Assembly (NCBI GenBank): GCA_045540975.1
Contig: JAZQIE010000072.1
Span: 6,158 to 70,157, forward strand
Length of the DNA: 64,000 bases
Origin: Eubacteriales bacterium
GTDB taxonomy: Bacteria > Bacillota > Clostridia > Oscillospirales > JAAYXM01
Reading direction: 5' to 3'
The position numbers and the translations under genes are program-made. A model generated the notes under the pieces. That model was not told the origin of the DNA and made no database searches. It worked only from the letters and a program-made list of their open reading frames with translations. Positions 47,558 to 54,701 of the stretch are shown piece after piece. Position 1 is the first letter of the stretch. Each line of letters begins with the position of its first letter.

Positions 47558-48448
47558 TTAAAACGGATTACAAAGTAAAATCACAGAGACCACGCCGATT
47601 GCGAGTCCAAGCCATTGCCGCTTGCACAACCGCTCGCGGAAGATTGTGGTCGCCGCCAAGGTGGTGAGCATGAGTCCGCCGCCGTTTACCACGGGGAACA
47701 TAACCGAACTGTCCAGCACCCCGGATAAAAACAGATTCAGTTGATTATTCACGGCGGTGCCGATGCCGCATATGAGCATAATGCCAAGCGGCATCAACCG
47801 ATAAAGATTCGCTCGCTTGTCCGTATCCTCCGCTTTTCGGCTTTTTACGGTAAGCAAAAGGGAGCATACCGCACATACCGCGAGTGCCACGATGAGAAAT
47901 TCGTTAAGCTCGGTTTTGTAGCGCGTGCTTTGGTGGAATTTCTGCAAAACCCCAATCAGACCCGTCATCAAGAATAAGATTCCGCAATAAAGCATCCAAC
48001 GCAGGTTGGTCTTGCTCCCGTCTTTTTGCAGGTTGGAGGACAGCACAATGCAAAGAAGCATCAGCACGATACCGACCGCCTGCACCCACGAAATCACTTC
48101 TCCCCAGATGACCGCGCCCGACAAGGTGGGGATGATGGTGGAGAGGGAAGCGAGCACCGCGGTGTATGACCACGGCCCGATTTCCATGGCTTTTGCGGAG
48201 AAAATCCGCTGAATCGCGGTAATCATGCCGAATGCGAGCCCGAGCCATAAAGTAAACGGGGAAATGTGAAAGCTTCTGTTATAGAGAAGGAGCGCGACGA
48301 CCGCAACAGCAGCGGAAACCGTGTTGTAAAAATGCATGTGATAGGGGGTTTTCATATACGAGGAAATAAAATGCTTCGACCCGATTCCGCTGATGAGCGC
48401 AACGCTCATGGAGATTGCAAGCAAAATGTAAGGATTCATATCACTCAC
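47558..48448 (-). CDS. DMT-superfamily (EamA/RhaT/GlcU-like) 10-TM permease, probable sugar uptake component of the GH2 operon
   Basis: A 296-aa protein made of two five-helix halves, 16 nt upstream of the GH2 gene on the same strand. The family call rests on topology and length only. Confidence 0.55.
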   Translation of the reverse strand: MSDMNPYILLAISMSVALISGIGSKHFISSYMKTPYHMHFYNTVSAAVAVVALLLYNRSFHISPFTLWLGLAFGMITAIQRIFSAKAMEIGPWSYTAVLASLSTIIPTLSGAVIWGEVISWVQAVGIVLMLLCIVLSSNLQKDGSKTNLRWMLYCGILFLMTGLIGVLQKFHQSTRYKTELNEFLIVALAVCAVCSLLLTVKSRKAEDTDKRANLYRLMPLGIMLICGIGTAVNNQLNLFLSGVLDSSVMFPVVNGGGLMLTTLAATTIFRERLCKRQWLGLAIGVVSVILLCNPF

Positions 48449-48458
48449 TCTTTCGTCG

Positions 48459-48510
48459 TTGATTCTAACTCGATTATATGCTATAATCGATTCTAATCAT
48501 AGAATCAATA
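48459..48510. promoter_or_regulatory. Back-to-back divergent promoters embedded in nested palindromes
   Basis: On the plus strand: TTGATT (48459-48464), 17 nt, TATAAT (48482-48487). On the minus strand: TATAAT (48478-48473) with ATGATT 16 nt upstream. The inverted repeats are CGATTATA-tgc-TATAATCG and TTGATTCTA...TAGAATCAA. Confidence 0.6.
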
Positions 48511-48556
48511 CGACAAAAAACAGAATATTTGAGTCATTTACGGAGGAGGTGTTTTG

Positions 48557-49381
48557 ATGGAAGAGATTGTGCTTTCTCACTCCGCTGTCGGTGTAGACGG
48601 CATTCGCTATCGGCTGAGCCATTCGGATGAATATTACGAGCACAACGCGGCAAAGAGCGTGGATTCGCACATCCACAGCTGTACCGAGTTGTATTTGAAT
48701 CTTTCCGGGGACGTGTCGTTTTTGGTGAAAAACGCGGTCTATCCCATCCGCCGCGGAGATCTTGTAATCAGCCGCGCAAGTGAACTGCACCATTGTATGT
48801 ATCACTCCTCCTGTATCCACGAGCATTTCTGTCTGTGGATTGAGGAGCGCGCGGACGGGCTGCTTTCGTTCTTGGATTCCGAGGAGAGACACCATGTGCG
48901 CCTTTCACCGCGTGTGGCGGAGGAGTTGATTGCGCTGTTTTGCGCGGCACACACCGCCATGGTGCAAAACGATGCGATGGCGGCAAGCACGTACCTGATG
49001 CGGATACTGCTGATGCTTCGGGATAACCGTACACAGCCGTGTGAGAAGTGTGAGGAGACTCTGCCGCGGGACGTACAGCAGGTTGTGGACTACATCAATC
49101 TCAAATACGGCGAGATTACAAACATTCGCCGTGTGGCAGAGAAATTTTTCATCAGCCCGTCCACACTCAACCGCAGGTTTGCAAAGCACTTGCATCTCTC
49201 ACCCAAGGAGTATCTGGAATCCGTCAAACTTTCCAATGCCAAACGAATGCTGGACGAGGGGAAGAGTGTGACTCGCGTCTGTTTTCTGTGCGGATATGCG
49301 GATTCCTCGCATTTCATCCGCAATTTCAAAAAGAAATTCCATATCACACCGCATCAATATAAAGCGAGGGGTGGATCCTAA
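48557..49381 (+). CDS. AraC family transcriptional regulator
   Basis: A cupin-like N-terminus (HIHSCTELYLNLSGDVSF) and an AraC HTH (VTRVCFLCGYADSSHFIRNFKKKFHITPHQY) are present. The ATG at 48557 is 7 nt after GGAGGAGG. Confidence 0.85.
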   Translation: MEEIVLSHSAVGVDGIRYRLSHSDEYYEHNAAKSVDSHIHSCTELYLNLSGDVSFLVKNAVYPIRRGDLVISRASELHHCMYHSSCIHEHFCLWIEERADGLLSFLDSEERHHVRLSPRVAEELIALFCAAHTAMVQNDAMAASTYLMRILLMLRDNRTQPCEKCEETLPRDVQQVVDYINLKYGEITNIRRVAEKFFISPSTLNRRFAKHLHLSPKEYLESVKLSNAKRMLDEGKSVTRVCFLCGYADSSHFIRNFKKKFHITPHQYKARGGS

Positions 49382-49878
49382 TCGGACCCACCCCATGTTC
49401 TTGCTCCCAAAATGTGGAGATAGCGCATATCCGCCGCGTTGTAGGAATCCAGTCTGCGCAGGAAGGAATCCGCCGAGTGGGACGCGATGTAAATCCTTCC
49501 GCGCCGAAGCGCAACCACCACCAAGGTGTGATACAGCCGACCCGAGTCATCCGCAAGCTGGACAATGTCCCCCGGAAGAAGGGCTTCGCGCTCAACCTCT
49601 TCGGCAAACGGCCCAACCCCTGTGTTGGAAAGGAGAAAATCGGATAAAAACCGCGCCCCCGTCCAGGAGGGTGAGCGCTGATTGATGTCGATGTAATACC
49701 AGCCGAAGGTGGGTGTGAAATTCATCACGCCGCATCCTGCGTAAATGCATTGTGAGGCAAAATTCGTGCAATCTCCGCCCAAATCATCGAAATTATAATA
49801 GCGCGGATTGCGGGCGTATGCCCATTTTCGCGCGTAAAACACCGCGGCTTCGCGGTCATAGGGAAGTTCTGTCGTCAT
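49378..49878 (-). CDS. Putative amidase-domain protein (PF12671-like, NlpC/P60-related Cys hydrolase)
   Basis: YDREAAVFYARKWAYARNPRYYNFDDLGGDCTNFASQCIYAGCGVM matches the putative amidase domain pattern. The stop codon overlaps the convergent AraC stop (CTAA). Confidence 0.7.
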   Translation of the reverse strand: MTTELPYDREAAVFYARKWAYARNPRYYNFDDLGGDCTNFASQCIYAGCGVMNFTPTFGWYYIDINQRSPSWTGARFLSDFLLSNTGVGPFAEEVEREALLPGDIVQLADDSGRLYHTLVVVALRRGRIYIASHSADSFLRRLDSYNAADMRYLHILGARTWGGSD

Positions 49879-49921
49879 AAAAAATCACTCCGATGTAATC
49901 TATGCGATTCATCGGAGTGAT
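49879..49921 (-). terminator. Terminator of the CDF gene whose 3' arm carries the Shine-Dalgarno sequence of the next gene
   Basis: On the minus strand: ATCACTCCGATG, a 14-nt loop, CATCGGAGTGAT, TTTTTT, then ATG (49878). The perfect 12-bp stem spans 49884-49895 and 49910-49921. Confidence 0.8.
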
Positions 49922-49928
49922 GTTCTTT

Positions 49929-51095
49929 TTACGTATACGAACGGTCAATGGTGATGACCGCAAAGCAGTTGGGGTCGTCCTCGTGAATCGCGGCTTCCAG
50001 ACGTGCTTTGATTTCCGCGGTACTTGTCTTGCAGGTGTACGGCACCACAAGGTCAAAAATCACGTTGGTATGAGTGGGCCCCGCAACAACGCGGAAATCG
50101 TGGAGGGTGAGTCCTTCGTCAAAATCCGCCACCAAAAGTGCGACCTTGGTGCGAAGTGCGTTTGTGAGCGCATCGTCGGTCACAATCGGGTCCATGTGAA
50201 TGGTCGCCTCACAGCCAAGGGTGTCGGCAAGGGTGCGCTCCACATTGTCCACCGCATCGTGCACCAGCGAAATATCGCGGTTTGCAAGCACCTCCGCGTG
50301 CAATGAGACCATCAGCCGCCCGGGTCCGTAATCGTGTACGATCAAATCATGAATGCCCACAATCTCCTCGTTTTCCAGCACAAGCGCGGTGATGCGCTCC
50401 ACCAGCTTCGGGTCGGGTGCTTGTCCCAAAAGGGGAGAAACCGTTTCCTTTGCGGCGCTTATGCCCGCGTAGAAAATAAAGAGCGAAACCAAAACACCGA
50501 AGTACCCGTCAAGCTGCAGAGTTGTTTTCTGCGCAATCAACACCGAAAGCAGAACGACAAACGTTGCCGCGGCATCGCTTAAACTGTCGGTACCCGTGGC
50601 GCGCATGGCGGCGGAGTCGATTTTCCGACCCACCGCACGGTTGTAGAAAAACATATAGAGCTTTACCGCAATCGAGCAGACGAGAATCACAAGCGCAAGC
50701 GGATGGAATACAAGCGGCTCGGGGTTTGCGATTTTCCCAATCGAGGTTTTGAGAAGCTCAAAGCCCATGAGCAAAATCACCATTGCCACCGCAAGACCCG
50801 CGAGGTATTCAATCCTGCCGTGTCCGAAGGGATGGTCGGGGTCGGGCTTCTGCCCCGCAAGGCGGAAGCCGATGAGGGTAATCACCGAAGACCCTGCATC
50901 GGACAGGTTGTTAAACGCATCCGCGGTCATTGCAATCGACCCGGAAATCGTGCCTGCAAAAAACTTTGCGGCAAAGAGCAGTAAGTTTAGCACAATGCCC
51001 AAGATACCGCACAGTGTCCCATATGCGCGGCGTACCGCGGGCTGTTCGGTTTGTTCGCGATTTTTAATGAAGAATCTTGAAAGTAATGTAATCAT
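49929..51095 (-). CDS. Cation diffusion facilitator family transporter (FieF/MamB-like, long form)
   Basis: GILGIVLNLLLFAAKFFAGTISGSIAMTADAFNNLSDAGSS, PDPDHPFGHGRIEY and the C-terminal cytoplasmic domain are present. The start is uncertain (ATG 51095 after GGAG, ATG 51107 or GTG 51128). Confidence 0.85.
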   Translation of the reverse strand: MITLLSRFFIKNREQTEQPAVRRAYGTLCGILGIVLNLLLFAAKFFAGTISGSIAMTADAFNNLSDAGSSVITLIGFRLAGQKPDPDHPFGHGRIEYLAGLAVAMVILLMGFELLKTSIGKIANPEPLVFHPLALVILVCSIAVKLYMFFYNRAVGRKIDSAAMRATGTDSLSDAAATFVVLLSVLIAQKTTLQLDGYFGVLVSLFIFYAGISAAKETVSPLLGQAPDPKLVERITALVLENEEIVGIHDLIVHDYGPGRLMVSLHAEVLANRDISLVHDAVDNVERTLADTLGCEATIHMDPIVTDDALTNALRTKVALLVADFDEGLTLHDFRVVAGPTHTNVIFDLVVPYTCKTSTAEIKARLEAAIHEDDPNCFAVITIDRSYT

Positions 51096-51237
51096 AAAAA
51101 TCTCCATTCCGCCGCCATACGTCGGCACAAGCAGGAATTAAATCTCTCTATCCGTATGGTAAGGAATGATAAGAGATTTTTGCGCCCATGTGCGTTTTTG
51201 ACAAAGTCGAAAAAACGCACGGGCAATCAAATCCGCC

Positions 51238-51276
51238 GGAGGGATAATGGGAAAGGAACTTTCCCATTATCCCTCC
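51238..51276 (-). terminator. Perfect 18-bp stem-loop immediately after the antiporter stop codon
   Basis: GGAGGGATAATGGGAAAG-gaa-CTTTCCCATTATCCCTCC. The downstream U-tract is weak (GGCGGAUUUGAUU), so terminator function is assumed. Confidence 0.6.
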
Positions 51277-52871
51277 TATTCCGGACGGTTGATGAGGAGC
51301 AAATCACCCGGATGCAGTCGGGTATCGCCGTTGGGAATAATCATTCGCTCTCCGCGTTTGATCAAAATCACCAACGCCTTTTTGTCCTTGACCGACTCGC
51401 GCAAGGGTTTTCCCGCATACGGACTGTCTTCGGTGATGAGTTTTTCCGAGAGATTGACCCCGTCCGGCTTCTCGCACGGATGCGCACCCAAAACCAACGT
51501 ATCCCCGGCTTTCAGACGGGTATTGCCTTTCGGGACAAGGTTTTTTTCGTCACGCCGCAAGAAGACCAAAAGGGTCTCGGGCGGCAAAACCAAATCCTTG
51601 ATTTGCATGTCGCACCACGGATGGGTCTCGCGGATAAATAACTGAATGAAATGCACGGGACTCTCGCCCGTATACCCGGAAAAGGTCTTCATCACGTCCT
51701 CTTTCGCATCCAGAATATTCAGCCTCTTGCAAAGCGGCGCAAGCAGACTCCCTTGCAGCAGGATGGAGAACAGGACAATGAAAAACACGGTGTGGAAAAT
51801 ATCATAATTCGGGCTTGCAAGCAGGGTTGCGGAAATCGCAAAAACGATGGATGCCGCACCGCGGAAGCCTGCCCAACTCACCGCAAGTATTTGCGAAAAC
51901 TTCGCTTTGAGCGGGCTTAAGAGGAGAAACACCGCCAAGGGCCGTGCCACAACGGTGAGAAACAGCGCAACCAAAAATGCGGGGAGTGCGACCGCGCCCA
52001 GTTTAGACGGGAAGGCGAGAAGCCCCAGCATAAAGAACAAAAACATCTGGGTCAGCGTGGTGACCCCGTCAAAAAACGGCACCAGCCTCCGCTTGAACGG
52101 CAGGTTGGTATTTCCCAGAACAATGCCCACAATGTACGCGCTGAGATACCCGTTTCCGCCGACCGCGGACGGGATGAGATAGGAGAGCAGCGCAATCGCG
52201 GTCACACACACGATTTCCATTCCCGACGAGGAAATCCGAACCGACCGCAGAATCTTCACCGCCGCCCATGCAATCAAAGCGCCGAGCAGGAGTCCGTAGA
52301 CCACCTGCGCAAAAATCAGATACGCGATGCCGTGTTGACTTGTGGTATTGGTCATCAGCGAGAGAACAATTACGGTGAGCATATAGGAAATCGGGTCGTT
52401 GCTGCCGCTTTCCACCTCTAAAAGCGAGGCGGTGTTGTATTTGAGATTGAGGCGTTTGGAACGCAAAATCGAGAACACACTCGCTGCATCGGTCGAGGAG
52501 ATGACCGCGCCGAGCAGGAAGGATTCGAGCCATTCCATTCCGAGTGCGAAGTGGCAGAAAACACCGACCAACCCCGCGGTCAGGACAACACCGAGGGTCG
52601 AGAGCAGAATGGATTTTCCCACAACAGGCCGTGCCGCATCCCAATTCGTGCCGAAGCCGCCGTCGAAGATAATGAAAATCAGCGCGACAGAGCAAAGCTG
52701 CTCGGCAAATGTGAAATTGTCGAACGGGATTTTGACCACACCGTCTGTCCCGAAAAACATCCCGAGCAGGATAAACGCCAAAAGCGCGGGGACACCGATG
52801 CGGTCGGAGAATTTATAAAGCGCAACACACGCGATCATAATGACAGACGCCAAAAACAAATAGGGGAGCAT
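51276..52871 (-). CDS. K+/H+ (cation:proton) antiporter, NhaP2/CPA1 type, with C-terminal TrkA-C (RCK_C) domains
   Basis: A membrane domain of about 12 TM segments (GVPALLAFILLGMFFGTDG) is followed by two RCK_C-like segments (IKDLVLPPETLLVFLRRDEKNLVPKGNTRLKAGDTLVL; ALVILIKRGERMIIPNGDTRLHPGDLLLI). The start is at ATG 52871. Confidence 0.85.
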   Translation of the reverse strand: MLPYLFLASVIMIACVALYKFSDRIGVPALLAFILLGMFFGTDGVVKIPFDNFTFAEQLCSVALIFIIFDGGFGTNWDAARPVVGKSILLSTLGVVLTAGLVGVFCHFALGMEWLESFLLGAVISSTDAASVFSILRSKRLNLKYNTASLLEVESGSNDPISYMLTVIVLSLMTNTTSQHGIAYLIFAQVVYGLLLGALIAWAAVKILRSVRISSSGMEIVCVTAIALLSYLIPSAVGGNGYLSAYIVGIVLGNTNLPFKRRLVPFFDGVTTLTQMFLFFMLGLLAFPSKLGAVALPAFLVALFLTVVARPLAVFLLLSPLKAKFSQILAVSWAGFRGAASIVFAISATLLASPNYDIFHTVFFIVLFSILLQGSLLAPLCKRLNILDAKEDVMKTFSGYTGESPVHFIQLFIRETHPWCDMQIKDLVLPPETLLVFLRRDEKNLVPKGNTRLKAGDTLVLGAHPCEKPDGVNLSEKLITEDSPYAGKPLRESVKDKKALVILIKRGERMIIPNGDTRLHPGDLLLINRPE

Positions 52872-52946
52872 ACAAAACCTCCGTTTCTCAGGTAAAAACA
52901 GTGTATCACAAATTATGAAAAAAGTCACGGAAAAGAACAAAAGTAG

Positions 52947-52975
52947 TTGACAAATACTGCGTGCGGTGGTATGAT
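52947..52975 (+). promoter_or_regulatory. Consensus-like sigma-A promoter driving the glycine riboswitch and agcS
   Basis: TTGACA (52947-52952), a 17-nt spacer and TATGAT (52970-52975). Confidence 0.7.
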
Positions 52976-52990
52976 GAGAAAAAATTTCCG

Positions 52991-53110
52991 TTGAAGCCTT
53001 CGGGATCGTCTCGAAACCGAAGGGGAAGGAAGCTCTGGAGAATCCCGATGAAAAGCGGGTGCCGAAGGTGCAAGGCGCAAGCCGAATCTCTCAGGCAAAA
53101 GGACAGAGCA
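52991..53110 (+). promoter_or_regulatory. Glycine riboswitch (one complete aptamer preceded by a truncated aptamer-like stem)
   Basis: 53033-53108 reads CTCTGGAGAATCCCG...CGGGTGCCGAAGGTGCAAGGCGCAAGCCGAATCTCTCAGGCAAAAGGACAGAG. This matches the conserved glycine-aptamer core (CUCUGGAGA / GCCGAAGGnGCAA / CUCUCAGGCAAAAGGACAGAG). The upstream segment CGGGATCGTCTCGAAACCGAAGGGGAAGG resembles only half an aptamer. Confidence 0.8.
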
Positions 53111-53151
53111 GATAGCCCAAAATTTTGGGTTGTTTGTATTGTTTTTCCGGA

Positions 53152-53186
53152 GCTGCCGATTCCAAAACGGGATCGGCAGTTTTTTA
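53152..53186 (+). terminator. Riboswitch expression-platform terminator
   Basis: GCTGCCGAT-tccaaaacggg-ATCGGCAG followed by TTTTTT, 30 nt upstream of the agcS ATG. Confidence 0.8.
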
Positions 53187-53216
53187 TTCCAAAAAAACAG
53201 GAGGAAACAAAAAACA

Positions 53217-54605
53217 ATGGACGCATTACTCAAACTCGTACAAACCGTCAATCTCTATCTCTCGGACTACATCCTCATCGCCTTGCTGGTGGGCTGCGGA
53301 CTGTATTTCTCAATCCGCACCCGTTTTGTCCAGCTTCGCTGCTTCGGGGAGGGCTGGAAGCGGATGTTTTCCGGCTTCAGCCTCTCAGGCGGCAAGAACA
53401 AGAGCGGTATGAGCTCGTTCCAGGCGCTTGCCACCGCAATCGCGGCGCAGGTAGGCACCGGTAACATCGTGGGTGCCTGCGGCGCAATCCTCATCGGCGG
53501 TCCGGGTGCGATTTTCTGGATGTGGATTATCGCATTCTTCGGCATGGCAACCGTCTACGCGGAAGCGGTCCTCGCGCAAAAGACCCGCACTGTGGACGAA
53601 GACGGTACCGTGCGCGGCGGTCCGGTCTACTACATCAAAACCGCCTTCAAAGGGAAATTCGGCACCTTCCTCGCAGGCTTCTTCTCGGTCGCAATCATCC
53701 TTGCGCTCGGATTCATGGGCGCAATGGTGCAGTCCAACTCCATCGGTGAGGCGTGCATGAACGCCTTCGGTATCCCGACCTGGGTAACGGGTCTTATCAT
53801 CGCGGCGCTCTCCGCATTCATCTTCATCGGCGGTGTTTCGCGCATCGCATCGGTCACCGAAAAGCTTGTCCCGGTCATGGCAATTTTGTATTTCATCGGC
53901 GGTATCGTGGTGCTTGTTGCCCGTATTGAGTACATCCCGGAAACCGTCGGTATGATTTTCAAATACGCCTTCATGCCGAATGCCATCATCGGCGGCAGTA
54001 TCGGATTTGCAATCAAAACCGCAATCAGTCAGGGCGCAAAGCGCGGACTCTTCTCCAACGAAGCGGGTATGGGCTCCACTCCGCACGCCCATGCAATGGC
54101 AAACGTGAAAGATCCGCATGAGCAGGGTGTTGTCGCAATGATCGGTGTCTTCATCGACACCTTCATCGTGCTCACCGTCACCGCACTTGTGGTCATCTCC
54201 ACTCTGTATGCGGGCGGCGGTCCGCTTGCAAGCGGAGCCGCGGTCGGTATTGAGAAAACCAACATGGCGCAGCTTGCCTTCTCCTCGGTCTTCGGCGAGG
54301 GTCTCGGCAGTGCATTCGTCGCAATCTGTCTTCTGTTCTTCGCATTTTCCACCATCATCAGTTGGAATCTGTTCGGTCGTATCAACATGACCTATCTGTT
54401 CGGCAAGAAATCGGGCCTTATTTACTCGATTGTCGCAATCGTGTTCATCTTCCTCGGCTCGCTCCTCTCCAATGATTTGGTGTGGGAACTCACCGATATG
54501 TTCAACCAGCTCATGGTCATCCCGAACGTCCTCGCCCTCTTTGCTCTGGGCGGTATGGTCGCCGCGGTCGCCAAAAATCGCAAGAAGAACAATCCGCTCG
54601 AATAA
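53217..54605 (+). CDS. agcS: Alanine/glycine:cation symporter (AGCS family)
   Basis: FVQLRCFGE, SSFQALATAIAAQVGTGNIVG, GAIFWMWI and FSNEAGMGSTPHAHA are present. The start is at ATG 53217, after AGGAGGAAAC. Confidence 0.9.
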   Translation: MDALLKLVQTVNLYLSDYILIALLVGCGLYFSIRTRFVQLRCFGEGWKRMFSGFSLSGGKNKSGMSSFQALATAIAAQVGTGNIVGACGAILIGGPGAIFWMWIIAFFGMATVYAEAVLAQKTRTVDEDGTVRGGPVYYIKTAFKGKFGTFLAGFFSVAIILALGFMGAMVQSNSIGEACMNAFGIPTWVTGLIIAALSAFIFIGGVSRIASVTEKLVPVMAILYFIGGIVVLVARIEYIPETVGMIFKYAFMPNAIIGGSIGFAIKTAISQGAKRGLFSNEAGMGSTPHAHAMANVKDPHEQGVVAMIGVFIDTFIVLTVTALVVISTLYAGGGPLASGAAVGIEKTNMAQLAFSSVFGEGLGSAFVAICLLFFAFSTIISWNLFGRINMTYLFGKKSGLIYSIVAIVFIFLGSLLSNDLVWELTDMFNQLMVIPNVLALFALGGMVAAVAKNRKKNNPLE

Positions 54606-54608
54606 CAC

Positions 54609-54650
54609 GAAAGGACCTCAAATTTTGAGGTCCTTTCTTCTTGCTTTTTC
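54609..54650 (+). terminator. Terminator after agcS
   Basis: The palindrome GAAAGGACCTCAAAA/TTTTGAGGTCCTTTC is followed by a T-rich run. Confidence 0.85.
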
Positions 54651-54701
54651 GGGCGGAATGGAGTACAATAGAAGGGTATTTGAATTTTGGGAGGGAATAC
54701 C

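Noticed and set aside
51129-51238. A NiCo (czcD-motif) or other known metal riboswitch upstream of the CDF exporter.
   Set aside because: I could not recognise the conserved junction nucleotides of the czcD motif as I remember them, and the hairpins do not form the required four-helix arrangement. The region is kept only as an unclassified structured leader in the findings. A covariance-model scan is needed.
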